NCBI GenBank assembly: GCA_963674595.2
Contig: CAXXFV010000027.1
Coordinates: forward strand, 320,001-384,000
Origin: a bacterium
Lineage (GTDB): Bacteria > Zhuqueibacterota > Zhuqueibacteria > Residuimicrobiales > Krinioviventaceae
Direction of reading: 5' to 3'
DNA length: 64,000 bases
Part shown: in pieces, positions 49,999 to 59,521 of the stretch
Layout: each line of letters begins with the position of its first letter
Numbering within the stretch: the stretch's first letter is position 1
Notes under the pieces: model-generated
The model's input: only the letters and a program-made list of their open reading frames with translations
Databases searched by the model: none
What the model was told of the DNA's origin: nothing
Program-made: the position numbers and the translations under genes

Positions 49999-52296
49999 TT
50001 ATTTCACCAATACCATTTTCCGTGTCTGAACTTTTGAACCTGTTTTAAGACGATAAATATAAACACCGCTTGGGAATTGAACAGCGCTCCAGTCAAGCTG
50101 AAATTCGCCGGCTTTTTGATTTTTATCCACAAGAACTGCGACCTGACGACCCAATAAATCATAAACGGTCAATTTTACATGTCCTGCATGGGACAAGCTG
50201 TAATTAATTTTCGTAACCGGATTAAATGGATTGGGATAGTTTTGGTAGAGCCGAAAGGTTGTAGACAGGGTTTTTGAGTTTTCATCTACAAACGTATTTT
50301 CGTTACCAATTTTAAATAAAGCGCCGCCACCAGCTAAAAAACTGAAATTAAATGATGAACCACTGATAGTATTAGTTAGAGGGATACTTGCCCATTCACC
50401 TGCATCTATATTATAATAATAAAGGTCATCGATGGTTTTGTTCAAAGTAATTGTTGTTGAAACACTATCCTGATAATCCTTATTAGTTAATATCATATAA
50501 TCTGCATGTTTATCATCTTGGAACATACCAACAACCAGATCCGCATTGTTGGAAGCGGTTTGTACAAAAGCATCAGACGGCATTTCACTACAACTATAAG
50601 GAGTATTTAAAATATGATATATTGATGTTGAAGTTAATGGAAGAATATAGGGGCCCAACGCATTTATTTCTTGATTAAGCTTGCGAAAACCAGGTAAAAG
50701 CTCAGTACAATTAGGCTGTTCCATAAATCCCCAGTTATTCCAGTACAAAATAAAATGATGAAAACCTTTAACGCCATAAGCTAAAGATGTATAAATTTGA
50801 AATCTGATTTCATCTATAGTCGGCATCCTTAAATTATACTCAGCACTTCCATAGATTTGAATACAATTAAAATGTGGAATATCGTATAACAAAGCATATT
50901 TACGATAAACTTGCATATTCTTATAAAAACTGTTATCGAATGGATGATTTGCGTAATCCGTAAAAGGATAGAGATTATAACTTAAAATGTCAGGTTGGAC
51001 TTGATCAATAAATTTTTCTACATATCCATCTTCACCTCCCCACACATTACTGAAAAAATCTCCACTTGTTGCCAAAATACTTATAAAACTCATTTTTTCA
51101 GGGGCAATTTTTCTAAGGTATTGTACAGCTTTATTTAGATTTTTATACCCATATCCTTCCCTGTTTGGTTCATCACACAAAAAATAACCAATTATGGAAG
51201 GATTGTCCTTAAATTTATCAATAACAGGATTAAATTTAGCCAAAGCTTCATCACTAACATCGTCAATCGGTTCTCCGGTATTCGGATATTGCCAGTGGTA
51301 TCCAGCAAGATAGCCAATTCTGACCAAACTCCGCATATTATTTTCTGCAAAAAGATTGATAGATTCTTCATCATACGGTAAAACTTGTGAAAAATCATAA
51401 ATACCAGTTTTCTGATAAGCTGTTACTAACGAGTCTCGTCCAATTGTGGACAAGGGTACACCCCAATTTGACACCCAAATTTTATCATACACCCAATATT
51501 TTTCCTGAACATAAAAACTGATACTTTTTTCCACAGTATCTTTTAAACTGCATATCCTTAATGTAACAGTATAATCTCCCTCTATATAAGCCTTAACATT
51601 CCATATTAAGGTGTCCTTCGCCCCCACTTCCATAGTTGTATATTCACTTTCACCTTCTATAGAGACCAGGTCCATCCCTTCCGGCATTAAAAGTTCCAAT
51701 CTGACGAATCCGCTGTCTTTATCACCTGTGCTTTTTAACCTGGTTAACAAAGGTATTTCATGGTCTTTTTTAAATACCGTTCTCAAAGGTTTAAAAGTAG
51801 TCGCTTCCAGCCACAAACCTTTGCTCATAATTTTAATAAAATCAATCTCTACACAAGCTGGACCATTCGTCCAAAATGAAACCTGCAAGCTCGTTATATT
51901 ATCCAACCATTTACTTTTTTCATATACGGGTATTTCATAAACATTATACTGACTATCGGAATTCACAGTAAAATATGTGTAGCCATATTTATTTGTATCC
52001 GTATACCACGAGACCATACCCCGGGTTATATTTTTTGTTTTCATTCTTATTTTAACGTAACCGAAATCATCCGAATTTACACTAAATTCTGAACTTGACA
52101 ATTTTGCAAAGGACTCTGACGTTTCAGCATATAAATTGCTGTCATTACAGGTAATCTCGCTAAATCCCTGACCATTTTGCCAGCCTTCAGTATCTCCTGC
52201 CGTATTAAAATCCCAACCGACACCTATTTCCTGTGCAAAAACGTTGAATGATAAAACTAGAAAACAACAAACACAAAATTTCAAAATATTTTTCAC
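49999..52296 (-). CDS. Secreted putative TIM-barrel glycoside hydrolase, paralogue of 47700..49982
   Basis: GTG start with GGAGG SD; same architecture; IIGYFLCDEPN, LSYNLYP, YTSLAYGVKG; QNYPNPFNP C-terminal domain. Confidence 0.7.
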   Translation of the reverse strand: MKNILKFCVCCFLVLSFNVFAQEIGVGWDFNTAGDTEGWQNGQGFSEITCNDSNLYAETSESFAKLSSSEFSVNSDDFGYVKIRMKTKNITRGMVSWYTDTNKYGYTYFTVNSDSQYNVYEIPVYEKSKWLDNITSLQVSFWTNGPACVEIDFIKIMSKGLWLEATTFKPLRTVFKKDHEIPLLTRLKSTGDKDSGFVRLELLMPEGMDLVSIEGESEYTTMEVGAKDTLIWNVKAYIEGDYTVTLRICSLKDTVEKSISFYVQEKYWVYDKIWVSNWGVPLSTIGRDSLVTAYQKTGIYDFSQVLPYDEESINLFAENNMRSLVRIGYLAGYHWQYPNTGEPIDDVSDEALAKFNPVIDKFKDNPSIIGYFLCDEPNREGYGYKNLNKAVQYLRKIAPEKMSFISILATSGDFFSNVWGGEDGYVEKFIDQVQPDILSYNLYPFTDYANHPFDNSFYKNMQVYRKYALLYDIPHFNCIQIYGSAEYNLRMPTIDEIRFQIYTSLAYGVKGFHHFILYWNNWGFMEQPNCTELLPGFRKLNQEINALGPYILPLTSTSIYHILNTPYSCSEMPSDAFVQTASNNADLVVGMFQDDKHADYMILTNKDYQDSVSTTITLNKTIDDLYYYNIDAGEWASIPLTNTISGSSFNFSFLAGGGALFKIGNENTFVDENSKTLSTTFRLYQNYPNPFNPVTKINYSLSHAGHVKLTVYDLLGRQVAVLVDKNQKAGEFQLDWSAVQFPSGVYIYRLKTGSKVQTRKMVLVK

Positions 52297-52571
52297 CTAG
52301 ACCTCCACTAGTCTTTATTCTGTTTTATATAGCCAGTTTTTTAATCCAATAATATCATTCTAGTTGTTACCAATATTTGTTAACGGATATGGATTAGCAA
52401 AACAGAAAGATCAATTGTCAAACTTGATTTGTTTAACATCATCTTTTCTGATATACTAAAATGATAAAATTTTTGAGTTAATATATAGGGTATTATATCT
52501 TATTCTAATAATTCAGTAATTTATCAGACTTTAATAACTTGCAGTTGGGTATTATTAACGGGATTTCCGGG

Positions 52572-52636
52572 AAAAAAGTGCCGGTAAAATTATTATCAAA
52601 AGAGTTTGAATAGGTAAGGTGTATTTTACCGGCACT
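52572..52636 (-). terminator. Long-loop hairpin terminator after GH92, possibly bidirectional
   Basis: Perfect 14-bp arms AGTGCCGGTAAAAT (52577-52590) / ATTTTACCGGCACT (52623-52636), 32-nt structured loop, U-tract on the minus strand and a T-run nearby on the plus strand. Confidence 0.7.
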
Positions 52637-52657
52637 GGAACTTTTTTTTTATAGAAA

Positions 52658-54916
52658 CTATTTATCCAAGCCCCATTCTTTATTAGGTTCGGGGCCCATG
52701 GTGAAAACAAGTTTTCCACCGTTGACGATTTCCTCGTGAGAAATAAATGCTTTATTATAAGGTGTTCCGTCAAGTGTTGCCGATTGGATATAGATATTTT
52801 CCGGTGACAGATTTTTTGCTTCTACAACAAACTCTTTGCCGGGATAAAATTTGGTATCGAGTTTCAGCACAACCTGATCAAAAATTGGTGCTGTTAAAGC
52901 ATAAGTCGGATTTCCAGGACAAACCTGATAAAGTCCCATGGCACTCATTACATACCATGCCGCCATGCAGCCGTAATCATCATCCATTTCCAGTAAATAA
53001 CCATCAGGGGTGGCTTTGTAAATTCTGTCATGAATCGGTTCGGGAAAGAATTGATGTGTACCATAAAGTTGTGTCATGGGTTCAGTCAAAATTTTACGCA
53101 CCCATTTTTGGGTAAACCAGGGCGCACCGGAATAGTTGAACAAAAACGGAGCCTGAAGATCGGGCTGGTTACCGGCGCTATATAAATCATTTTCAAAAAA
53201 GTAGTTTAAATCGTTCGTAAACTTTTTCGGTCCGCCAACCAATTCAATTAAACCGTCAACATCATTCAAAACAAACCAACGCCAGTGCCATTTACTGCCT
53301 TCGTAATTATATTTTTCACGATTCAGTTTCGGATCAGAAGGAAAATCAAGCCATTTGCCATTTTTTGCTCTTGCTCTGAAAAAACCAACCTCGTCATTCC
53401 AGGTATTTCGGTAAATTTGTGATCTTTTCATGAAATAATCATAATCATCTTTTTTATCCAAACCTTTGGCAACTTGTGCAACACACCAGTTATCATAGGA
53501 ATATTCACAATTTTGGTCCGGTCTTTTTGGAATGAATCCTATTTTATCATATCTTTTCGGCATTTGTGCCATCATTTCCTGTTTCATTCCTTTGTACATT
53601 GGGGCCATATCAAAATCGACCAAACCTTTTGTATACGAATCGGTCGGTATTGCCAGCATGTGTTCATGACGACAGGTATGAAATGGTATATATCCATTTT
53701 TTCCCTGGGCCACAAATCCGACTCCATGAGGCGGATGGTCCGTATCCGGGAACGGAAGATAATTGTCTACCTGGCTATAAAGGTCCAAAATAGATTTTGT
53801 TATGTCATACATTAACTGCGGCGCGGTAATGGAATAAAGAGGATACTTTGTCCGGAACGAATCCCAAAACGCAAAATTATCATAATGAGTATGACCGGTT
53901 TCCTGATGGATTTTTTTGTCCAACCCGGGATATCGACCATCAACATCCTGGTTTTTTACCGGTAGAAAATAGGTCCTGAACAAAGCAGTATAAAAAATGG
54001 TTTTATATTCCAGAGAACCTTTAACCATAATATTTTGCAAAAGATCGTTCCACGTAGACTCGGCCTGAACAGCGATTTCATCAAAATTCCAGCCCGGCAT
54101 TTCTGTATTCAGGTTTTTAACAGCACCGTTAATATCAACAGCGGACAGGGCAAGTTTTGCCAAAACCTTATTATCCTTTTGTGCAGGAAAACTAAACAGG
54201 ATGCAAGCACGAGGATTATTAACCTTATTGCCATCCATTACCTGGCCGTTTTCCATTAATACTGCTTTTTCAAATGGACGATTAAATTGAAGAGCAAAAT
54301 AAAAAATTCCACGTCTGTTTAACGTGCCGGTAATCATTGAATTTTCATGCAGCTCAACATTAAATCCACCATTGCTTAAATTTCCAGGATGTAATAAAAC
54401 ATATCCGGTAGAATCATTTGCAAACTCATACCTGTGCATACCGGCCCGTGTTGTTGCCGTTAATTCAACTTTTGTGTGTGTTTCCGGTGAATAAACAGAA
54501 TACCAACCTGGTTTTGCCTTTTCGGTATTTTTATCGATAACCGGATAAAATTCCAACAGCTTTTCAGGCACATTACCTGTAAACGGCAGAAGCGCAACAG
54601 CACCGGCACGATCACCAATAGTGGTCCCACCCGAGCTGCCTTTATGAAAATGGCTGAATCCTCTGACCTGATTATCGGCATAGTTATAACCGGAATGTGC
54701 CCAATCTCCATTTGCCGTTAAACTGCCGGGATAGGTATCGGGACCAAGTTTGACCAAACCACCCGGTAAAAGAGCTGACGGATGCCAATGTCCATGATCA
54801 CCCTGTGAACATATAAATGGATCAACATATTGTGTTACATTCACTTTCTTTTGAGCACATTGACTAAAAACAATAACCAGTATAAAACTTGATATAAAAA
54901 ATATTTTTCTCATCAT
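52658..54916 (-). CDS. GH92 alpha-mannosidase
   Basis: YVDPFI, GFSHFH, FYTALF, WDSFR, EYSYDNW, YEGS.W, GNQPD, DDDYGCMAAWYVMSAMGLY. Confidence 0.92.
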   Translation of the reverse strand: MMRKIFFISSFILVIVFSQCAQKKVNVTQYVDPFICSQGDHGHWHPSALLPGGLVKLGPDTYPGSLTANGDWAHSGYNYADNQVRGFSHFHKGSSGGTTIGDRAGAVALLPFTGNVPEKLLEFYPVIDKNTEKAKPGWYSVYSPETHTKVELTATTRAGMHRYEFANDSTGYVLLHPGNLSNGGFNVELHENSMITGTLNRRGIFYFALQFNRPFEKAVLMENGQVMDGNKVNNPRACILFSFPAQKDNKVLAKLALSAVDINGAVKNLNTEMPGWNFDEIAVQAESTWNDLLQNIMVKGSLEYKTIFYTALFRTYFLPVKNQDVDGRYPGLDKKIHQETGHTHYDNFAFWDSFRTKYPLYSITAPQLMYDITKSILDLYSQVDNYLPFPDTDHPPHGVGFVAQGKNGYIPFHTCRHEHMLAIPTDSYTKGLVDFDMAPMYKGMKQEMMAQMPKRYDKIGFIPKRPDQNCEYSYDNWCVAQVAKGLDKKDDYDYFMKRSQIYRNTWNDEVGFFRARAKNGKWLDFPSDPKLNREKYNYEGSKWHWRWFVLNDVDGLIELVGGPKKFTNDLNYFFENDLYSAGNQPDLQAPFLFNYSGAPWFTQKWVRKILTEPMTQLYGTHQFFPEPIHDRIYKATPDGYLLEMDDDYGCMAAWYVMSAMGLYQVCPGNPTYALTAPIFDQVVLKLDTKFYPGKEFVVEAKNLSPENIYIQSATLDGTPYNKAFISHEEIVNGGKLVFTMGPEPNKEWGLDK

Positions 54917-54924
54917 ATCTCCAT

Positions 54925-57444
54925 TTAAATTTGATCTTCAATTAAATTTAATTCCTGTATATCCAAATTATTTTCAAATGGAATGAATATCGTTTTAATT
55001 TCACACGAACTCATCTTTAGGTTTACAGTACGATTTATATCAATAATTTTTATATATCCTTCAGAGTCCATTCCATATAATTCAACACAACGCAGTACAA
55101 ACCCATATCGGTCTTCGGCCATTTTTACCACTGAAATGGATATATTTTGTAAATCCGTTTCTATAAAAGATTTTTTCGGTTCAAGACGGGCTTTTTGATT
55201 GGACGCGTTTTGAATAACCGGCGGCTGTAAAAAAACCTCTGCTTTAACGGGAATTTGAGCCCTGCGCCAATCACCAATATGCGGAACAATTTTATATGCA
55301 AATTCATGTATTCCCTGTTCCATAAAACGGCAACTATCAGCATCGGTAACTTGCAGCGGATTATGATGAGACCAGGCTGTGCTGTGCAAAATGGTTATCC
55401 GTATATCACCCTGTTTTACACTGTAACCGCATTTACTGTCATTGATAACAGCCACGCCGTACTGTTCCGCACCGGTTTTGGTGCTGACATCCACCCAACT
55501 TTGACCGGGCTCTTCTTCTCCGGTCATGTTTCTCTCTTTAAATCCATAAGGCACCGAATAGGTGCAAGTTCCATCGGTTATGCCGGTTGGGAAACTTAAT
55601 TTTAATACCTTGTATTTTTCATGCCAGTCCACCAGAAAATCACAATGTAATTCTGCTGAATTTTGATATAATGAAAAGACCTGGGTGATGAATGAATTTC
55701 CCCAGAAACTTTTCACTTCCAAACGACATAATTCGGGACCTTGTTCAAGAATCCGGAACTGTGCATTTGAAAAATTTCCAAGTTCCTGATCATAAGAAAT
55801 TATCCGGTGTCCCCAGGTATCATCCCAGTCTTCTAAAACAACGGGCAATGAAGCGAGTTCGTTTAGGGCAGATTTATTATTCACTTTATCAATAAATGAA
55901 AGAATAGCACCTGTTTTTTCATCAAATTCAATTTTAACGAAATTATTTTCCAGGGATTTTTCTGTAACAAAAAGTCCATTGTTTTGTTCAGGTAAATCAT
56001 TTTTCTGAAAATCCAAACGATATACATGGTAACCGAAACCAGGAATTTTAGCATTAAATAGTATCCGAATACGGGCTTTTCCATTTTCCTGCTTGGCTGC
56101 CGCCGTTGGTAATATTTGATAAGGGACAATATTCCCTTCAGCATCTCTCAGTGTTATAGAGTCCCTATCTATTACACAAGGTGCATTTCGAAGAGACATA
56201 AATTCTATCCCGGTTTCCTGTGGAAATAAAATTTCAGATTCATACTCGATATAGGTTTCGAGTGAACACGCATGGGGATTAAAAACCACAAAAGGCATGG
56301 ATAAAGGATATTCTTTAGAATAGGTATTAATCTGTGAGATCATCAACCGGTAAGATTTGAACATTGTTTCCTGTGCCACGGTCTGCACGAAACCATATTC
56401 GTTACCGGCCTGTACATAAGCTTCTTCGATGGACGACCCTGCCAAAATATCATGGAACTGATTGAACAAAACAAACTTCCAGGCCTTTTTAAAATCTTCA
56501 ACCGGATATTGGTAAAGCGAACATAATGATGACAAGGAAGCCAATTTTTCTGCCGTTAGTAACTGGTTGGTTGTATGCCTGTCCCATTTTTTAACGGCAG
56601 CACAAGCGGAATAACATCCGCGAGCATGATGCAACAAGTCATCTTTTAAAACAGGGATATTATCCTTCTGTGCAGTAACAAACTGTGTATATTCTAATAA
56701 AGATTTATGGATTAAATTAGGAAAAGTTGTTTCCCTTAATTTTTCAATCTTTTCAATTGTACGAATTGTCGGACCGCCGCCATGGTTCCCAACACCGTAT
56801 AAAACCACAGCTTTATCCATGAGAGGTAATTTTTCCCCGAATACCTGTTCGTAATCATTCAATCGTTCTTCTATATCATTTTCATGGGCGTTATATGATT
56901 TTATAATAGAAATTGCGGGAATTTGTGTCCCGTCAATTCCCTCCCAGTTAAAAACAGGCGCGGGGATGGTACTTTTTTCATGGCTTTCCGGGCGCATATA
57001 CATATAACATGTGAAACCTTGTTTAGTTAATATCTGCGGTAATGTCCAGGGGTGACCAAAAGTATCCGGACTGAAAGCGACCGTAATAAATTGATCAAAA
57101 TATTTTTTGAAAAAATGCTGGGCATACAAACCCTGTCTTACCAGGGCTTCTCCGTGCGGACAGTTTACATCTGCTTCCACCCACCAGCCGCCGACAATTA
57201 TCCACCGGCCCTCTTTTACGCGCTGTTTAATTTCTGCAAACATGGCAGGGTCTGATTCAGCAACCCATTCATAAAACTGTGCAGAGCTTGCCAGAAAATA
57301 GACTTGAGGAAATTCCGTTAATCTGTCCAGTGCAGAACGAAATGTTGCAAAAACTTCCTGATACCCTTCTGCCTTGTTCCATTGCCAAACGGGATCCATA
57401 TGTGCGTGACCAATAGCGAATAACTGTAGATTTTTCTTTGTCAT
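54925..57444 (-). CDS. GH38 alpha-mannosidase, cytoplasmic
   Basis: GHAHMDPVWQW, GGWWVEAD, PDTFGH, YGVGNHGGGP, QFHDILAGS; no signal peptide. Confidence 0.92.
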   Translation of the reverse strand: MTKKNLQLFAIGHAHMDPVWQWNKAEGYQEVFATFRSALDRLTEFPQVYFLASSAQFYEWVAESDPAMFAEIKQRVKEGRWIIVGGWWVEADVNCPHGEALVRQGLYAQHFFKKYFDQFITVAFSPDTFGHPWTLPQILTKQGFTCYMYMRPESHEKSTIPAPVFNWEGIDGTQIPAISIIKSYNAHENDIEERLNDYEQVFGEKLPLMDKAVVLYGVGNHGGGPTIRTIEKIEKLRETTFPNLIHKSLLEYTQFVTAQKDNIPVLKDDLLHHARGCYSACAAVKKWDRHTTNQLLTAEKLASLSSLCSLYQYPVEDFKKAWKFVLFNQFHDILAGSSIEEAYVQAGNEYGFVQTVAQETMFKSYRLMISQINTYSKEYPLSMPFVVFNPHACSLETYIEYESEILFPQETGIEFMSLRNAPCVIDRDSITLRDAEGNIVPYQILPTAAAKQENGKARIRILFNAKIPGFGYHVYRLDFQKNDLPEQNNGLFVTEKSLENNFVKIEFDEKTGAILSFIDKVNNKSALNELASLPVVLEDWDDTWGHRIISYDQELGNFSNAQFRILEQGPELCRLEVKSFWGNSFITQVFSLYQNSAELHCDFLVDWHEKYKVLKLSFPTGITDGTCTYSVPYGFKERNMTGEEEPGQSWVDVSTKTGAEQYGVAVINDSKCGYSVKQGDIRITILHSTAWSHHNPLQVTDADSCRFMEQGIHEFAYKIVPHIGDWRRAQIPVKAEVFLQPPVIQNASNQKARLEPKKSFIETDLQNISISVVKMAEDRYGFVLRCVELYGMDSEGYIKIIDINRTVNLKMSSCEIKTIFIPFENNLDIQELNLIEDQI

Positions 57445-57449
57445 AGGTA

Positions 57450-59432
57450 TTATCTCTCAAATTTTTTAGTTGCGTCCGAAAAAGCTTTACCTTTTGCAGG
57501 GAGATTCCGGTACCAGGTAAAATACATTACAATTAAACAAGTTAAAAATATTGAAAACGTGATAATAAAAGATCGATAAGCATGGATAACAAGCTGCATC
57601 GGCCAGAGGAACAATGTGATTTGCCAACCTAATGAAAATGGAAGGGTAATTATATCGTTTCTATGCTCCTTTTTCATTGATTTTTGAATGTCAGCATCTA
57701 CACGATTTCGAAAAGGTTTCCAAAAACCAAAAGGCCGGGTCGTTTTGTAAAAATTTAAAACCACCTCATCTTTTGACGGTTTTGTTAAAAAAGTACCGAT
57801 AATGGTGGCCGCCAGCACAACAAGAGACAAAATCGTAAACTGCTGCCATTCTACAAGATTGGGCCAAAAAGCACGTTGAACAAATGCGCCTGTAATTCCA
57901 ACGATGGTTCCGATTGCAAATCCGCCTCCATTAAAACGCCACCAATAAAATTTAAACATGGCGGGTATAGTAAGACCACACCCCAGACTCATAATAATCC
58001 ACCCCCAAATTTCATTGATGGTTTTTATTTTATAAGCCATCACATAACTTAACGTCACCAAAACCAGAATAAATGCATAAGACACATAAATCAATTCTCT
58101 GTTTGATGATTTGGGTCGAAGATAACGCTGATAAATATCACGGGTGAAAAATGCCGAAGTACGGTTTACATGAGAGTCAAAAGACGACATACAAGCGGCA
58201 ATAAGCGCAACGAGCAACAGGCCCCTTAAACCCATAGGAATATCAAACAAAATAACAGCCGGTAGAATTCTCTCGGGATTGACGGTCCCTTCAAAGCTCA
58301 GCAAACGTAGTTTGTTTTGCCAGTCGTCTGCAAATAAATGTTTCAAACCGTCAATTAACTCTGCCGGATAATTTGCCGGTGTATTCATAATTCCGGATAA
58401 TACATCCGCCCATCGTTCCGGTTGGATATGGGGAATAAAATGTTTAATCATTTCTGCAGCCTGCATCATAACAACCTGATCAGGAAATAAATCGTTAACC
58501 AGATAGAGCCCAAGCACTGCAAATCCAATCATCATGGGCCAACGCACCATCATTAAAGTGATCCACATAAAAGTCAATATATTACTTTCACGCTCATTCC
58601 GGGCGCCAAAATATTTTGGATCTGCACCTTCGGCAACGCCGCCGACAAAACTACGTAAAAAATAAAAAAACACAAAAAGAACAAGATGCTGATATACTTC
58701 ATAGCCCTTTGGCATTGTTGTATTCCATTGAACAGTGCTGCTCATCCAATGAGAATTTCCTGTTACTTTTTCTGCCAACATGGAAAGCGTTGGAGCATCT
58801 GATATTTTTGTAAAAGCCATTAATGAAATTATAAGGACAGCAGACAGAATTATTAACGACTGGAATATATCCGTAAAAACAACTCCATAAAATCCCGACG
58901 CCATCGTATAAATCGTTGCAACAACGATAAGAATTAAAGAACACACAAGAGGTGAAAAAGGCAAAAACATGGATATAAACAGCCCCACCCCTTTTATAAG
59001 ATAAGCAAGTGCACCGATGGTGCCGATTATTCCTGCAAAAGCAAAGGCAAGACGGGCAAACTGTCCGCCCCATTCACTGCCGAACCGATATTCCATCCAT
59101 TCGGCACCGGTCATACATTTAGACCGGTAATGGTACTTACCTGTCCATGCCAGGATAAATGATAACAATAATACTGCACCGCCACGAAATTCAATAAACA
59201 AACCACGTGGTCCAAGGATGAATAAAAATGAAACAATCAACATCGTACCGGCGATATCAAGATACGAAGCCATACCGGAAATACCCAATGCCCACCAGGG
59301 AAGTGTATTACCACCGAGAAAATAATCCTGTATGCTGCTTGATGCACGTTTTTGAAGATAAAGTCCCAGTCCTATTAATATTGCAAAGTAGACAAGAATG
59401 ACTGAATAATCAAAAGAATTTAAAAATTTCAC
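57450..59432 (-). CDS. Sodium:solute symporter (SSS) family transporter
   Basis: DYFLGG.LPWW.LG.S, E.RFG, GVVFTD.FQ, GL...LIAACMS, YWWRFN; many TM helices; GTG start. Confidence 0.9.
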   Translation of the reverse strand: MKFLNSFDYSVILVYFAILIGLGLYLQKRASSSIQDYFLGGNTLPWWALGISGMASYLDIAGTMLIVSFLFILGPRGLFIEFRGGAVLLLSFILAWTGKYHYRSKCMTGAEWMEYRFGSEWGGQFARLAFAFAGIIGTIGALAYLIKGVGLFISMFLPFSPLVCSLILIVVATIYTMASGFYGVVFTDIFQSLIILSAVLIISLMAFTKISDAPTLSMLAEKVTGNSHWMSSTVQWNTTMPKGYEVYQHLVLFVFFYFLRSFVGGVAEGADPKYFGARNERESNILTFMWITLMMVRWPMMIGFAVLGLYLVNDLFPDQVVMMQAAEMIKHFIPHIQPERWADVLSGIMNTPANYPAELIDGLKHLFADDWQNKLRLLSFEGTVNPERILPAVILFDIPMGLRGLLLVALIAACMSSFDSHVNRTSAFFTRDIYQRYLRPKSSNRELIYVSYAFILVLVTLSYVMAYKIKTINEIWGWIIMSLGCGLTIPAMFKFYWWRFNGGGFAIGTIVGITGAFVQRAFWPNLVEWQQFTILSLVVLAATIIGTFLTKPSKDEVVLNFYKTTRPFGFWKPFRNRVDADIQKSMKKEHRNDIITLPFSLGWQITLFLWPMQLVIHAYRSFIITFSIFLTCLIVMYFTWYRNLPAKGKAFSDATKKFER

Positions 59433-59521
59433 GTACGATCCTTTATTTTAGTTAGTTGCATATAAAACCAAATTTCAATTTTAACTTTCAACCTGTTCTG
59501 TTTATATACTTTTATATATTA

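Noticed and set aside
52555-52773. 72-aa minus-strand ORF overlapping the GH92 end
   Set aside because: Overlaps GH92 out of frame and runs through the terminator hairpin; no coding signal
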